A DNA stretch of 34,384 nucleotides from a virus (lineage: Duplodnaviria > Caudoviricetes). The position numbers and the translations under genes are program-made. Below are positions 10,407 to 20,500 of the stretch, in pieces. Within the stretch, counting starts at the first letter, position 1. Every line of letters begins with the position of its first letter. Below the pieces are notes generated by a model that ran no database searches, had not been told where the DNA came from, and saw nothing but the letters and a program-made list of their open reading frames with translations. The stretch spans positions 1 to 34,384 of IMG/VR virus record IMGVR_UViG_3300005512_000158; one strand, written 5' to 3'.

Positions 10407-12977
10407 ATGGCAGTACAAAGCGAAGAAATACAGCTGCGCATAGTTGCTAGTGGCAACGCTGCAAAGCGCGAACTGGCAGAACTTGGCCAGCAAAAAGACG
10501 AACTAAAGCGCAAAATTGATGGCTTAAACAAGCGCAGCAAAGATTATGCTGCTACTAAGCGAAAGCTGCAAACGGAGTTAAAACAAACTAACGAGCGTAT
10601 GCGCAAACTGCGTGGTACCATTGATTTATCCAGTATGAGTATGCGCGATTTAAGGAACCGTGCAAACGACCTAAAGCGCGTAATGGATAATATGAACCCA
10701 GACAGCGCAGAATGGAAGCGGTTAAATACCGACCTTAAAAAGGTAAATGGGCGTATGCGCGAACTGCGCGGCAATACACAGCAGCTGCGTGGTGGGTTTG
10801 ATAACCTTAAAGGTATGCTTAGTAAAGGCTTAATGGTGGGCGTGGCTATACAAGGCGCGCGCGAATTATGGCAAATTGGTAAGCGTGCAATGCAAGCATT
10901 TACCCAGCAGGCGCAGGCGGTAGAAAAAGTAAACCAAGCCATAAAAAGTACTTCTGGCGCTGCTGGTTTAAGTTTAAGCCAACTGCGTAAAGAAGCCAGC
11001 GAACTGCAGAAAAAAACGCTTTTTGGTGATGAAGAAATTTTAAATAATGCCACTGCACAGCTGCTTACGTTTACCAATATTGCAAACGATAACTTTTTGC
11101 GCACGCAGCGCGTGGCGATGGATTTAAGCACCGTGCTAGATGGCGATTTGAAAAGCGCCAGCATTCAGCTTGGTAAAGCGCTTAACGATCCGGTGGCAAA
11201 CCTTAGTGCCTTAAGCCGTTCTGGTATTCAATTTAGCGCTGCGCAAAAAGAAGTAATTAAAGACCTAGCTAATAGCAACCGACTAGCAGAAGCACAAGGC
11301 GTTATTCTGGCAGAATTAGAGCGCCAATATGGTGGCCAAGCAGAAGCTGCTGCAAAAGTTGGCGGTGGCTGGCAACAGCTTGGCAATGTGCTTGGCGATA
11401 CGATGGAGGAATTAGGCGGCCTTATTGCCGCTGTGTTTAACACAGATGCTGCCACCACTTCTTTAATTGATGTGGTAAGCAATTTAAACGATGGCATTAA
11501 GGATTGGGCTAAAAATATGATTGAAGCGCGGCAATGGCTGCGCGAATGGTACACCGAAAGCGAAGCAGTGCGCACTGCTGTAAACTTATTTACTGGTGCA
11601 TTTAAAACCAATTTGGCTGTAATTATGCAGTTTTTAGATGTGGCTATTGTGCAGCCATTTAAGTTTATTCTGGCTGGCGTAAAGGCAGCACGCTTGGCGA
11701 TGGATGGCGAATTTAAAGCCGCTGGTAATGTAATGCTTGAACAGTTTAAAGCTTACCGCGATGATTGGGCAGCGTTTGGTACCGACATTAAAGAAATATG
11801 GCAGGGCGTTGGCGAAGAAATTAAAAACCCAGAACCGTGGGAACAGCTAGACCAAAACAGCGCCAAAGCGTTTAATAATATGAAGGTAAACGCAAGTGCT
11901 GCGCTAGCCACTGCAAAGGCAGATATTGAAACACTTAAAAACCTTATTGGTGGTGGCGATATGGAAGGCGGTACAGATGCCGAACGTGGTGCCGGCACTA
12001 CCGATGATAAAGATGAGTTTCAAAATAACTTACTTAATGATATAGATGAAAAAGCATACTTGGTAGAACAAATGGATGCGCTTAATAGGTCGGCTGAAGA
12101 TCTAGAAATTGAAGCCACACAAGCGTATTACCAAGAACTTAAAGACCTTACTAAAAAACACGGTGGCGATATGGCCGCCATAAAAGAAGCGGAAACAGCG
12201 CATTTAGCAGCCATTGCAGAACGCTACAGAAAAGGCGAAGAAAAAGCAGAATACATATCATTACAAAGTGGCTTAAGCAATTTATCTAGTGCACTGGGAC
12301 AAATAGAAGGTTTAATGGCAGAAAATGCCGAGAATATGAAAGGCTTTGCGCTTTTTAAATTGGCCATTGATACAGCCACCAGTATATCCAGTGCAATTAG
12401 CGGTGCAACTGCTGCAGCTTCTGCCACTGGTCCTGGCGCACCATTTGCATTAATGGGTTACATAGCAACTATGATTGGTTCAGTGGTAGGTGCATTTGCT
12501 AAAGCAAAAAGCATTATAAAAGGCGCGCCAGAGTTTGAAAGTGGTGGTGTGCTTAATGGTCCACGCCACAGCCAAGGTGGTATGGCTGTAGTTGATGCAA
12601 ACGGCAACAAGCAGGCAGAAGTAGAAGGTGGCGAAGCCATACTGCCCGTGGATACTACGCAAGCAAATATGCCGCTTATTAGCGCAATGCTTGCCAACCG
12701 TGGCAAAACCATAATGCCAACACCAAATGTGGCTATAGATACTGCAAGTTTAAACAGTAGCATTACCAGCGTGCCAAGCTTTGCTAATGGCGGCACTATG
12801 CCGCAACCTTCTTACAGTATCAACGCCACTGCAGATTTAGGCAGTAAGCTAGATATGCTGGCAGCAGCGGTGCTGGCAGATAAAGATAGACGCGCCATAG
12901 TTAGTTTGCAGCAGTTTAGCGATAAAGAAGAAGATCTGGCATATATCCGTGGTTTTTCAGATATACGCAGCACGTAG
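10407..12977 (+). CDS. Tape measure protein
   Basis: 856 aa Ala-rich helical/coiled coil; ASIQLGKALNDP...LSRSGI motif; C-terminal GG..NGPRHSQGG...EVEGGE. Confidence 0.9.
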   Translation: MAVQSEEIQLRIVASGNAAKRELAELGQQKDELKRKIDGLNKRSKDYAATKRKLQTELKQTNERMRKLRGTIDLSSMSMRDLRNRANDLKRVMDNMNPDSAEWKRLNTDLKKVNGRMRELRGNTQQLRGGFDNLKGMLSKGLMVGVAIQGARELWQIGKRAMQAFTQQAQAVEKVNQAIKSTSGAAGLSLSQLRKEASELQKKTLFGDEEILNNATAQLLTFTNIANDNFLRTQRVAMDLSTVLDGDLKSASIQLGKALNDPVANLSALSRSGIQFSAAQKEVIKDLANSNRLAEAQGVILAELERQYGGQAEAAAKVGGGWQQLGNVLGDTMEELGGLIAAVFNTDAATTSLIDVVSNLNDGIKDWAKNMIEARQWLREWYTESEAVRTAVNLFTGAFKTNLAVIMQFLDVAIVQPFKFILAGVKAARLAMDGEFKAAGNVMLEQFKAYRDDWAAFGTDIKEIWQGVGEEIKNPEPWEQLDQNSAKAFNNMKVNASAALATAKADIETLKNLIGGGDMEGGTDAERGAGTTDDKDEFQNNLLNDIDEKAYLVEQMDALNRSAEDLEIEATQAYYQELKDLTKKHGGDMAAIKEAETAHLAAIAERYRKGEEKAEYISLQSGLSNLSSALGQIEGLMAENAENMKGFALFKLAIDTATSISSAISGATAAASATGPGAPFALMGYIATMIGSVVGAFAKAKSIIKGAPEFESGGVLNGPRHSQGGMAVVDANGNKQAEVEGGEAILPVDTTQANMPLISAMLANRGKTIMPTPNVAIDTASLNSSITSVPSFANGGTMPQPSYSINATADLGSKLDMLAAAVLADKDRRAIVSLQQFSDKEEDLAYIRGFSDIRST

Positions 12978-13006
12978 TAAGTGTATAATAGTGGCAGGCT
13001 TTTTGC

Positions 13007-13014
13007 TATTTTTG
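13007..13014 (+). promoter_or_regulatory. Bacteroidota housekeeping -7 element TATTTTTG
   Basis: Exact TAnnTTTG match ending 5 nt before ATG 13020. Confidence 0.55.
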
Positions 13015-13019
13015 ACACT

Positions 13020-13397
13020 ATGAAAGGACTACTTACTACACTTTTGTGCTTATTTATGCTTAATTGCACCGCGCAATATGCACCAGACAACAGTTTTAAA
13101 ACAGACTTTAAGCGGCAAATGCTTAAACCAGTACCACACCAAAAGCCACAGCTTAGCTTTGAGCAGCGCGATGTAATACACACGCACGTGGCTGGTGGTG
13201 CTTTGGCTACCATTGGCATACCAGTAGTTACTGCAAGCATTCTGGGTATTAATTCAGATAACCAAAATATGGCGGTAACTGGTTTGGTATTTGGCGGCAG
13301 TGCTGTAGTTGGTTCCATTGTATTGCACGCACTTGGTATTAATAAACTGATACGGTATAAAAAAGCAGGAAAACTGCCAAATAAAAAGCTAGAATAA
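13020..13397 (+). CDS. Exported membrane protein, moron-like
   Basis: Signal peptide MKGLLTTLLCLFMLNCTA|Q and two C-terminal hydrophobic helices; own host-type promoter element. Confidence 0.65.
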   Translation: MKGLLTTLLCLFMLNCTAQYAPDNSFKTDFKRQMLKPVPHQKPQLSFEQRDVIHTHVAGGALATIGIPVVTASILGINSDNQNMAVTGLVFGGSAVVGSIVLHALGINKLIRYKKAGKLPNKKLE

Positions 13398-13470
13398 GCT
13401 GCAAATGCTTACTTTAGTGGTGTTCACAGTTTGCAGTGCGTAAAGCATTGCAGTTTTTTAATTACAGCAA

Positions 13471-13499
13471 AGCCCTGCCATTACGGTGGGGCTTTTTTT
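13471..13499 (+). terminator. Intrinsic terminator, family copy 1
   Basis: AGCCCTGCC-attac-GGTGGGGCT followed by a T run. Confidence 0.8.
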
Positions 13500-13672
13500 G
13501 TCCTTTATAGCGGTAGGGTTTGGTGGTAGTTTAGTGGTGTTGGTAAGCGTGGCCTTTAACGTATTACTAAGAAGCCAACAAGCACCGCACCTGCCGTGCT
13601 TTCGGGTTTAAGCACACACTTTATACAAGGCCGACTGCTGCCTGCATAGCTGCCCACTTCTGGTGGGCGCTG

Positions 13673-14839
13673 CTATTTGTAAAGGCTAATATTTGCAGCT
13701 TCGTCTTTAAGCCGTTCGCGGCTAATATGCACGTAAACCATAGTGGTTTTAATATCTGCGTGGCCAAGTATGCGCTGCAGCACTTCAACTTTACCACCTG
13801 CATTTAAAAAGCCAGTAGCATACGTGTGGCGCGCTGTGTGGAAGGTGAGCTGCTTCTTTATTCCTGCAGCTTTAGCCACCACCTTTAAACAGCGGTTTAT
13901 GTATTGATCTGTTTGAGTATCGAAAAAGTACTTACCACTTAGATGGTGCACCCACTGCTGCCAGTTTTCTGGTAGTGGTATCTGCACGCGCTTACTTTGT
14001 CCACTTGTTTTTTGCGGCACCAGCACCAGTACATTATCGTAAACATCATCTACACCGACATTATGAATATCCGAAATACGCAAACCACCACAGTGGCAGC
14101 TAAATAAGTACTTTTTTAATGCGTAATGTGTCCCTTTATCTAAGCGTTTGCTGCTTAGTAGCTGCACCAGCTTTGCCACTTCGGAGTTATTCAAGTATTC
14201 GCGGTGGCCATTAATGTGTTTTATCTTAAAATCTTGGTATGGGTTTGGCGCGCCATACTTCTTACACATTTGAAGCATTACACGCTTAGCCATACGGTGG
14301 TGCTTCATTCTGCTATTATTATTGTAACGCTGGCGCAGCATTGTATCGAAGCGCTTTACCAGTTCTGGTGTTACCTGCATAATTGTAAGCTGTGGCATAA
14401 ATTCCTGCAGCAGCTTCTGGTTTGTTCTGTATTGCTTTAAAGTGCTGGCAGCAAATATGCCGCTGTGCAGTTCTAAAAAATGGCCATAAAATTCCTGCAC
14501 ACTTACAGCATCATTACCAGAAGCGTAAATGGCTTTAAACGTTTGCACATCTAGTGGCTGCTGTTTTATCCGGTAATTAAAAAAGGTTTGCTGCACCTTA
14601 TTAATTATGCCGCCCAGTTCTAGGTTTGCATTATCTACAGCTTTGCGGCTAAGAGGTGCTTTTTTATTGTAAACCACCAGCTGTTTTTCTTGGTCCCAAT
14701 TTAACTGGTGCAGCATTTGCCCAGTACTTAGTACCACTTTTTTCTTGTTTATGTAGCACTTTAGGTGCAGTGGTTTTATATCGCTGGTTTTACAGCGATC
14801 TGTACGGAGTATGAAACGTGCAGTATAACGTGGTACCAT
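13673..14839 (-). CDS. int: Phage integrase, tyrosine recombinase of Bacteroidota type (arm-binding + SAM-like + catalytic domains)
   Basis: GLRISD, KT, FHTARHTYAT, LGHADIKTTMVY; beta-rich N-terminal arm domain; likely start MVPRY at 14839 because the ORF-track extension runs into att repeats. Confidence 0.93.
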   Translation of the reverse strand: MVPRYTARFILRTDRCKTSDIKPLHLKCYINKKKVVLSTGQMLHQLNWDQEKQLVVYNKKAPLSRKAVDNANLELGGIINKVQQTFFNYRIKQQPLDVQTFKAIYASGNDAVSVQEFYGHFLELHSGIFAASTLKQYRTNQKLLQEFMPQLTIMQVTPELVKRFDTMLRQRYNNNSRMKHHRMAKRVMLQMCKKYGAPNPYQDFKIKHINGHREYLNNSEVAKLVQLLSSKRLDKGTHYALKKYLFSCHCGGLRISDIHNVGVDDVYDNVLVLVPQKTSGQSKRVQIPLPENWQQWVHHLSGKYFFDTQTDQYINRCLKVVAKAAGIKKQLTFHTARHTYATGFLNAGGKVEVLQRILGHADIKTTMVYVHISRERLKDEAANISLYK

Positions 14840-14844
14840 ATTTT

Positions 14845-15010
14845 GCGGTGTGTGTCGTTTGTGTGTCGGTAAAAACCTAAAGCAGCACAGCACTTTTGTA
14901 CTTAAAAAAAGAAAAGCCGCTTACAAAGCGGCTTTTTTGTGGTACCAGCTGTACCACAAAAAGCGCTTAAACCGTACTTAAATGCAGCGGTGTGTGTCGT
15001 TTGTGTGTCG
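14845..15010. other. Putative attP: two identical 24-bp direct repeats flanking a 12-bp inverted-repeat core
   Basis: GCGGTGTGTGTCGTTTGTGTGTCG at 14845-14868 and 14987-15010; core TTTTTGTGGTAC-cagct-GTACCACAAAAA at 14934-14962. Confidence 0.75.
14912..14938. terminator. Bidirectional terminator-like hairpin within the att region
   Basis: AAAAGCCGCTT-aca-AAGCGGCTTTT with A/T tracts on both sides. Confidence 0.65.
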
Positions 15011-15400
15011 TTAAGTGGTGGTTTTTAGGTCAATGATAGTTTCCTGCAGTTCCATTACGCGCTGCTGTAAACTGATGGTTTGATTACGCCAGTAGTTTAT
15101 TTGCTTCTGGCATTCAATGGTTAATGTGCCACTTTCTTTAAGTTCCTGCGCGGCCTTTTCCATTACCTGGTTATTAAGGTCCAATTCATCAAATGCTTCT
15201 GCCACGGCTGGCACGCGCTTAGCCACTGCCATTATTTTTTCCACGCTAAGTTCTGGATCTTGAAACCAGTTGTACAAAGTCATACGGTTAATGTGGGTTT
15301 TTCCACGCCATTGTATTTGGCCAGCTAGCTGTGCAAAGTTTACCGCTTCTGCACGCAGTATGCGTTCTAGTTTATTGCCGCGATGTTTTCCTTTTTCCAT
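15011..15400 (-). CDS. Putative repressor (HTH plus C-terminal coiled coil)
   Basis: FAQLAGQI...INRMTLYNWF resembles an XRE-type HTH; co-oriented with int and divergent from the early operon; likely start MEKG at 15400. Confidence 0.65.
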   Translation of the reverse strand: MEKGKHRGNKLERILRAEAVNFAQLAGQIQWRGKTHINRMTLYNWFQDPELSVEKIMAVAKRVPAVAEAFDELDLNNQVMEKAAQELKESGTLTIECQKQINYWRNQTISLQQRVMELQETIIDLKTTT

Positions 15401-15533
15401 AGCTGTAAAATTAAAGTGCTTGATGCTCAACACTTTAGACGTTAAACTGCCGCTTTTTGACAGTTATCACTTGTTTTTAATCATCATTTGCTTAATCTTT
15501 GTTGCTCATTATTACAACCTTTTTACAACCGTA

Positions 15534-15818
15534 ATGCAACACAAGAAGCGTACCAAGCTTACCAAAAAGCAAATAAAGCAAAGGCGTAAATGGCTTACAG
15601 AAGCTGGTTACCACTACATAATTACGGCTGTAAAAAGCATTCACGGTGTGGCATTATCTAAGCGCACCGTGGATGCTTACCTGCGTAAAGAAAAAGTGCC
15701 GAAAACGGGTAAACCTAGAGTGGATAAATACGGCATTCTGCAGCTGTTTGTCTACTGCACCGAACTGGAAAAGCAAAAACGTGAACTAATACTTAACCAA
15801 AAAACCGCAAACAAATGA
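15534..15818 (+). CDS. First early gene, basic putative DNA-binding protein (Cro-like position)
   Basis: Likely start MQHKK at 15534; the longer ORF overlaps the repressor antisense; LSKRTVDAYL helix. Confidence 0.5.
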   Translation: MQHKKRTKLTKKQIKQRRKWLTEAGYHYIITAVKSIHGVALSKRTVDAYLRKEKVPKTGKPRVDKYGILQLFVYCTELEKQKRELILNQKTANK

Positions 15819-16306
15819 ACTGCAAACACCCACTACCAATGCGTGTAAATTTTCACGAAAACGGCTACAAGTGCACCAGCTGCAATACTGAAATTGAAAC
15901 AGTAAAGCCAAGTAATAACCCTAAAGTGGTTTACATAATTGGCCGCACTTCTGGTATGCCAAAGCTTAACCTGGGCACGTTTAATGCCGTGGAAGGTTTC
16001 CTGCATAAATATGGTTATGAAACCATAAAGCAGCACGATTTATTTTATGATGATGATCAACACCATTTAACGCAGCAAGAAGCTATGCAGCGCAGGTTTG
16101 ATGCATTAGATACCTGCGATATGGTGGTGCTTTTACCCGATTGGATAGAGTGCAGCTACGCACGTGCAGAACACAACTACGCACGCAGAATGGGTTTTGA
16201 TGTACGCAATTACACACAATTCTGCAGCAGCCACAAGCACTGCAAAAATAACCCACTGCAAAGCGCTGCAGACCTTAAGAAAATAACCGAAAAAAGCGCA
16301 GCCTAA
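15815..16306 (+). CDS. DUF4406 / nucleoside deoxyribosyltransferase-like protein with N-terminal Cys/His cluster
   Basis: VYIIG..SG.P..N...F; CDMVVLLPDW..S..AR.E...A. Confidence 0.8.
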   Translation: MNCKHPLPMRVNFHENGYKCTSCNTEIETVKPSNNPKVVYIIGRTSGMPKLNLGTFNAVEGFLHKYGYETIKQHDLFYDDDQHHLTQQEAMQRRFDALDTCDMVVLLPDWIECSYARAEHNYARRMGFDVRNYTQFCSSHKHCKNNPLQSAADLKKITEKSAA

Positions 16307-16389
16307 TGAAAGCCCTTATACAAATTGGCTGGCTGTATTTGCGCGCTTTTACGCTGGCATTATTAGAAACCTACATACTTAAAAAATGA
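16306..16389 (+). CDS. 27-aa hydrophobic peptide (not in ORF track)
   Basis: MKALIQIGWLYLRAFTLALLETYILKK; TAATG overlap upstream and ATGA overlap downstream. Confidence 0.5.
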   Translation: MKALIQIGWLYLRAFTLALLETYILKK

Positions 16390-16763
16390 GTTTAAGACAA
16401 CAAAAAAGAATACTGCAAAAAGTAGAAGCAGAACTGGGCGAAACCGTACGCAGCTTTTTACTAAGTGTGCCACAAGGCTGCAGCCCTGCAAAGGCAGAAG
16501 AAAAATACCAGCACTATAATGTGCAATGGCGCGACTACTGCCGCAAAATGAATAAGCGCCACAAGTGGCTTAAGGCAGATGCAGAAGCATTTACCGCTAG
16601 AGTAACACTACTAAACCGAACTGCTGAACGAAAGCTTAAACCACTGCAGTACTACGGCAAACGCTTAGCACTGCCATTGGCAGCTGCTGCCATTATTTGG
16701 CTGCTTACAGATGTGGTGCTGCCATACTTCAACATTACAAACTACCAACTATTTAATAACTAA
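16386..16763 (+). CDS. Hypothetical protein with C-terminal TM helix
   Basis: 125 aa; LALPLAAAAIIWLLTDVVL. Confidence 0.65.
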   Translation: MSLRQQKRILQKVEAELGETVRSFLLSVPQGCSPAKAEEKYQHYNVQWRDYCRKMNKRHKWLKADAEAFTARVTLLNRTAERKLKPLQYYGKRLALPLAAAAIIWLLTDVVLPYFNITNYQLFNN

Positions 16764-16775
16764 AAACTAAACGCT

Positions 16776-17264
16776 GTGAACTACGAAAGACACTACAACC
16801 AACTGCTGCAAGAAGTGGCAGGACCACTTAACCAACTGCAGCAGGCAGTGCTTAAACACGAAGTGGATAAATACCGCCATAAGATTGCCGAGAATTTGCG
16901 CACCGATGTGCAGGACTGGATAAACGCAGTATGTAAGCATTACCAACTAGAACCAGAAGCGCTAGCAATTAAAAGTAGAAAGCGCGAACTGGTAGTGCCG
17001 CGCCAAATAGTAATGTGGGGCTTACTTATGGGCGTGGTACCAAACAACTTAGGGCCAAGCGCAGTGGGCGTGCTTTTTAATAAAGACCACGCCACAGCTA
17101 TACACTGCAAAAAGGTAATAAACCAGCTGTGCGACTGCGACCCAATTGTGCGCGAAAACATTATGATGTTAGTATCTGTATTTGGATGGCAAACAAGCTG
17201 GGACCCAAGCACCAGAAAGTTTACAATGCACCACGATGCTTTTACACTTAAAACTGCTGCGTGA
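16776..17264 (+). CDS. DnaA C-terminal (domain IV)-like HTH protein
   Basis: KSRKRELVVPRQIVMW...VGVLFNKDHATAIH matches the DnaA domain IV signature; no AAA+ domain. Confidence 0.8.
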   Translation: MNYERHYNQLLQEVAGPLNQLQQAVLKHEVDKYRHKIAENLRTDVQDWINAVCKHYQLEPEALAIKSRKRELVVPRQIVMWGLLMGVVPNNLGPSAVGVLFNKDHATAIHCKKVINQLCDCDPIVRENIMMLVSVFGWQTSWDPSTRKFTMHHDAFTLKTAA

Positions 17265-17521
17265 TGAAAGCAAAAAACGCACCAAAGAAACTGCGCCAGT
17301 GCTCAAATTTTAGAGTAAGCAGAAGGCCGCAAAAATGGACAAAGCGAAAAAGCTGCATTATCTGGACCAGGCACCAAACCATTACAATGCCAATAGCTTA
17401 CATAAGTAAGCCAAAGCATATACCACAGCAGCTGTTTGATGAATTTATGGATAGCATACAGATACAGCTTACACTGTTTAAACACCAAGAAGCAGAACAG
17501 CTTGAAACACCACAAGATTAA
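17261..17521 (+). CDS. Hypothetical protein
   Basis: 86 aa, overlaps the upstream stop codon. Confidence 0.55.
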   Translation: MMKAKNAPKKLRQCSNFRVSRRPQKWTKRKSCIIWTRHQTITMPIAYISKPKHIPQQLFDEFMDSIQIQLTLFKHQEAEQLETPQD

Positions 17522-17562
17522 GCGTTTAATAATTACTCTGTGAACACTGAAAAAACACCGAA

Positions 17563-20500
17563 TTGATACACCGAACCACCATAGATGCCTGCTACGATGT
17601 AAAGCTTACTGCTGCCATTGAAAAACTGGGCACACCACTTAAAAAACAAGGCGCGCAGCACACTGGCCGCTGCCCTTTTCATAATGAGAAATCGCCAAGC
17701 TTTCACGTAAACGATGCCAAAGGCATTTACAAGTGCTTTGGCTGTGGCGAAGGCGGCAACAATGCTGTGCAGTTTTATATGAAACGCAAAGGCTTAAGCT
17801 ATCCGGAAGCGGTAGAAGCGGTGGCCAACGATTTTGGCATTGTAATAGAACGCACCGATAGCGAACAAGATAAAGAGTACATACAGCAGCAGGACCAAAT
17901 GCAAAAGCTGGCGGCCTTTAACGAAGCTGCGCTTAAAAAATGGCAGCAGTTTGATGTGCCAGAAGATGCTAAGCGCCACGCCAACTGGCAAGAATTTGAA
18001 CTGGTGTACGCACCCAAAGCCAACACCATTAAAGATGCCACTAAACCTGCGCAGCACGCCACGCTGCACAGCATTGGTTTGCTTAGCTATTCAGATGCTA
18101 ACGAGCAGCATTTTGATTTTTGGCGGCACCGTGTTTTATTTCCTATTAGAAACCTGCGCGGCCAGCTGGTGGCGTTTGGTGGGCGTGCCATAGATCCAAA
18201 CGAAAAAGCTAAGTACATAAACACCAAAAGCACTGCGCTTTTTGATAAGAGCAAAACACTTTACGGCCTGCATTCTGCCAAAGGCGAAATAAGAAAGCGT
18301 GGCTTTGCTTACATAGTAGAAGGCTATTACGATGTAATGGCAATGCACGCAGCAGGTTTAGCCAATGCCGTGGCACCGTGTGGTACTGCACTTACCGAAG
18401 GCCACCTGCAGCTGCTGCAGCGCTTTACAGATACCCTAGTGCTGGTTATGGATGGCGATAAAGCAGGCGTAAAAGCGGCAGATAAAGCAGCACGCTTGGC
18501 AATAAGCAATGGCTTTAATGTGCAAGTGTGTGTGCTGCCAGATGGGCTGGACCCAGACGACCTGGTGCAAACAACCGTAAAAGATGATATACAAGATGCC
18601 GTAACGGATATACTAGAAGCAAACACCACAGATGGCATACTGTGGCTATCTGGCACCATTTACAATGCTAAAGACAACCCAGCCGAACGCAGCAACCAAC
18701 TAAAGCAAATTGCTGCACTGGTGGTGGCGGTAGATGATCCATTTACGCAGCAGGCTTACATTGCCGATATTAAAAAAGCACTTAAGCTTACTGGCAATGC
18801 GTTTGAACGCTTGGTGAAAGATATGAGCCGTACGCAGCTGCGCGAAGATCCAAACAATACCAACGAGTTTGAGCAGGCAGATGGCAAAAACTACACACTG
18901 CCAAAAGGCATAAATGTGCAGTGGTCGGTAGTGCGTAAGCAGGTAACAGATTACGGCTTTTTTATCCATAAGCAGCGCATTTATATGAGCCGCAAAGGTG
19001 GCGAAGATGATAACGGCACGGTGCGCTACTTCTTTAAAGATGTTTCAAATTTTAGCATTCGCATTATTCAGCACATGCAGGATGAAAAAAAGCCAATGCG
19101 CTTGGTGGAAATACATAATGTGCACGGCAGAAAAATAACCTTCGACACTAGCACCGATGATTTTGTAAGTGAAGCATCATTTAAAAAGATGATTGAAGGC
19201 AAAGGCAACTTTAGCTGGATGGGTAAAGGCACCGACTTTGAACGCCTAATGCTTAAGCTTAAGGAAGATATGGGCGATGGCCGTATGGTGCACATACTTG
19301 GCTGGCAGCCAGAGGGGTTTTGGTGTTTTAATAATATGGTGGTAAAGCAGGATGGCACCACCGTGCAGCCAGACCAGTACGGCCAGTTTCAAGTAGATGA
19401 AACCAGTTATTACATACCAAGTGGTAACGAACTTTACGCCACCAATGAGTTTAAGTTTGGCCCACAAAAGCTGGTAAAATACCAAGAACCGCAAAAGCCA
19501 TTAAAAGAGTATTATAAAATGATGGTGGGCGTGCATCGCGAATATGCTTACACCGCCATACTGTTTGGTATTGCCACCGTGTTTTCAGATATTATTTATG
19601 GCCAGCTGCAAAGTTTTCCGCTGCTGTTTTTATATGGTCCTGCAGGTACGGGTAAGGATCAACTGATACACGCCACGCAGTCTTTGTTTGGGCACCCACA
19701 GCCAGCACTAGAACTTACTGGCGCTGCCAACACAGCTAAAGGAACTATGCGCGACTTGGCGCAGTTTAGAAACCTGCCTGCGCATTGGTCGGAGTTTAGA
19801 AACGGCAAAGGGCTGGAAGATATGCTTAAAGGTATCTGGGACCGTAAAGGCTACAAGCGCGGTACTATTGACCACGCATTTGCAAACGAAGTGCTGCCAG
19901 TGCTTAGCACACTTATTTACACGGGTAATGATTACCCTACAAACGATGCGCTTATAGATAGAATGGTGGCGCTAGAATTAACAGTTAGCCAGTTTGATGC
20001 AGAAGCAGATAAACGTTACAACCAACTTAAAGAAACCATACTGCAAGGCGTAAGCGGTTACCTTAAACAGCTGCTGCCACTGCGCGCGGTATTTGAGCGT
20101 GATTTCTGGAAACAGCACAAAACAGCCACCAAGGCTTTAAAGAAAAAACTGGCGGCACTAGATGTAAGTAGCAGAATGGTGCAGAATGCAGCCACGCTGG
20201 TAGCCACGTTTGATTTAGTAGAAGCAGCGCTGCCATTGCCATTTACCAAAGATGAATACCTGCAGCACCTTTTTAATGCTTACGAAAAGCAAATAACCAA
20301 ACGAAGCACCGGCAGTGCTACAATGCGCTTCTGGGAATGTGTACTGGCTGCCATTAGAGATAAGAACAATCCACTGCGCCCAAATTTCGATTTTAGGCTA
20401 GATGGCGATAGCTTAACCATACAATGGAGTGCCGTTTACCAAGCTTACCAGGTAAGGTGCTGGCAGCTATTTCACGAACGTGCAGAAAGCCGCGCGGTGC

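Noticed and set aside
10544-13318. Long minus-strand ORFs opposite the tape measure, and similar shadow ORFs elsewhere
   Set aside because: Antisense shadows of well-supported genes; Ser/Ala-rich with no recognisable motifs
14840-14893. N-terminal extension of the integrase in the ORF track
   Set aside because: Runs through the att repeat; ATG at 14839 is the more plausible start
14934-14962. tRNA gene in the att region
   Set aside because: At most a short acceptor-end-like fragment; no cloverleaf or T-loop
15512-15530. TTACAACC tandem as a repressor operator
   Set aside because: Only two 8-bp copies in an AT-rich leader; insufficient evidence
15270-15533. N-terminal half of the 182-aa ORF
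   Set aside because: Overlaps the repressor antisense and the divergent control region; ATG at 15534 preferred
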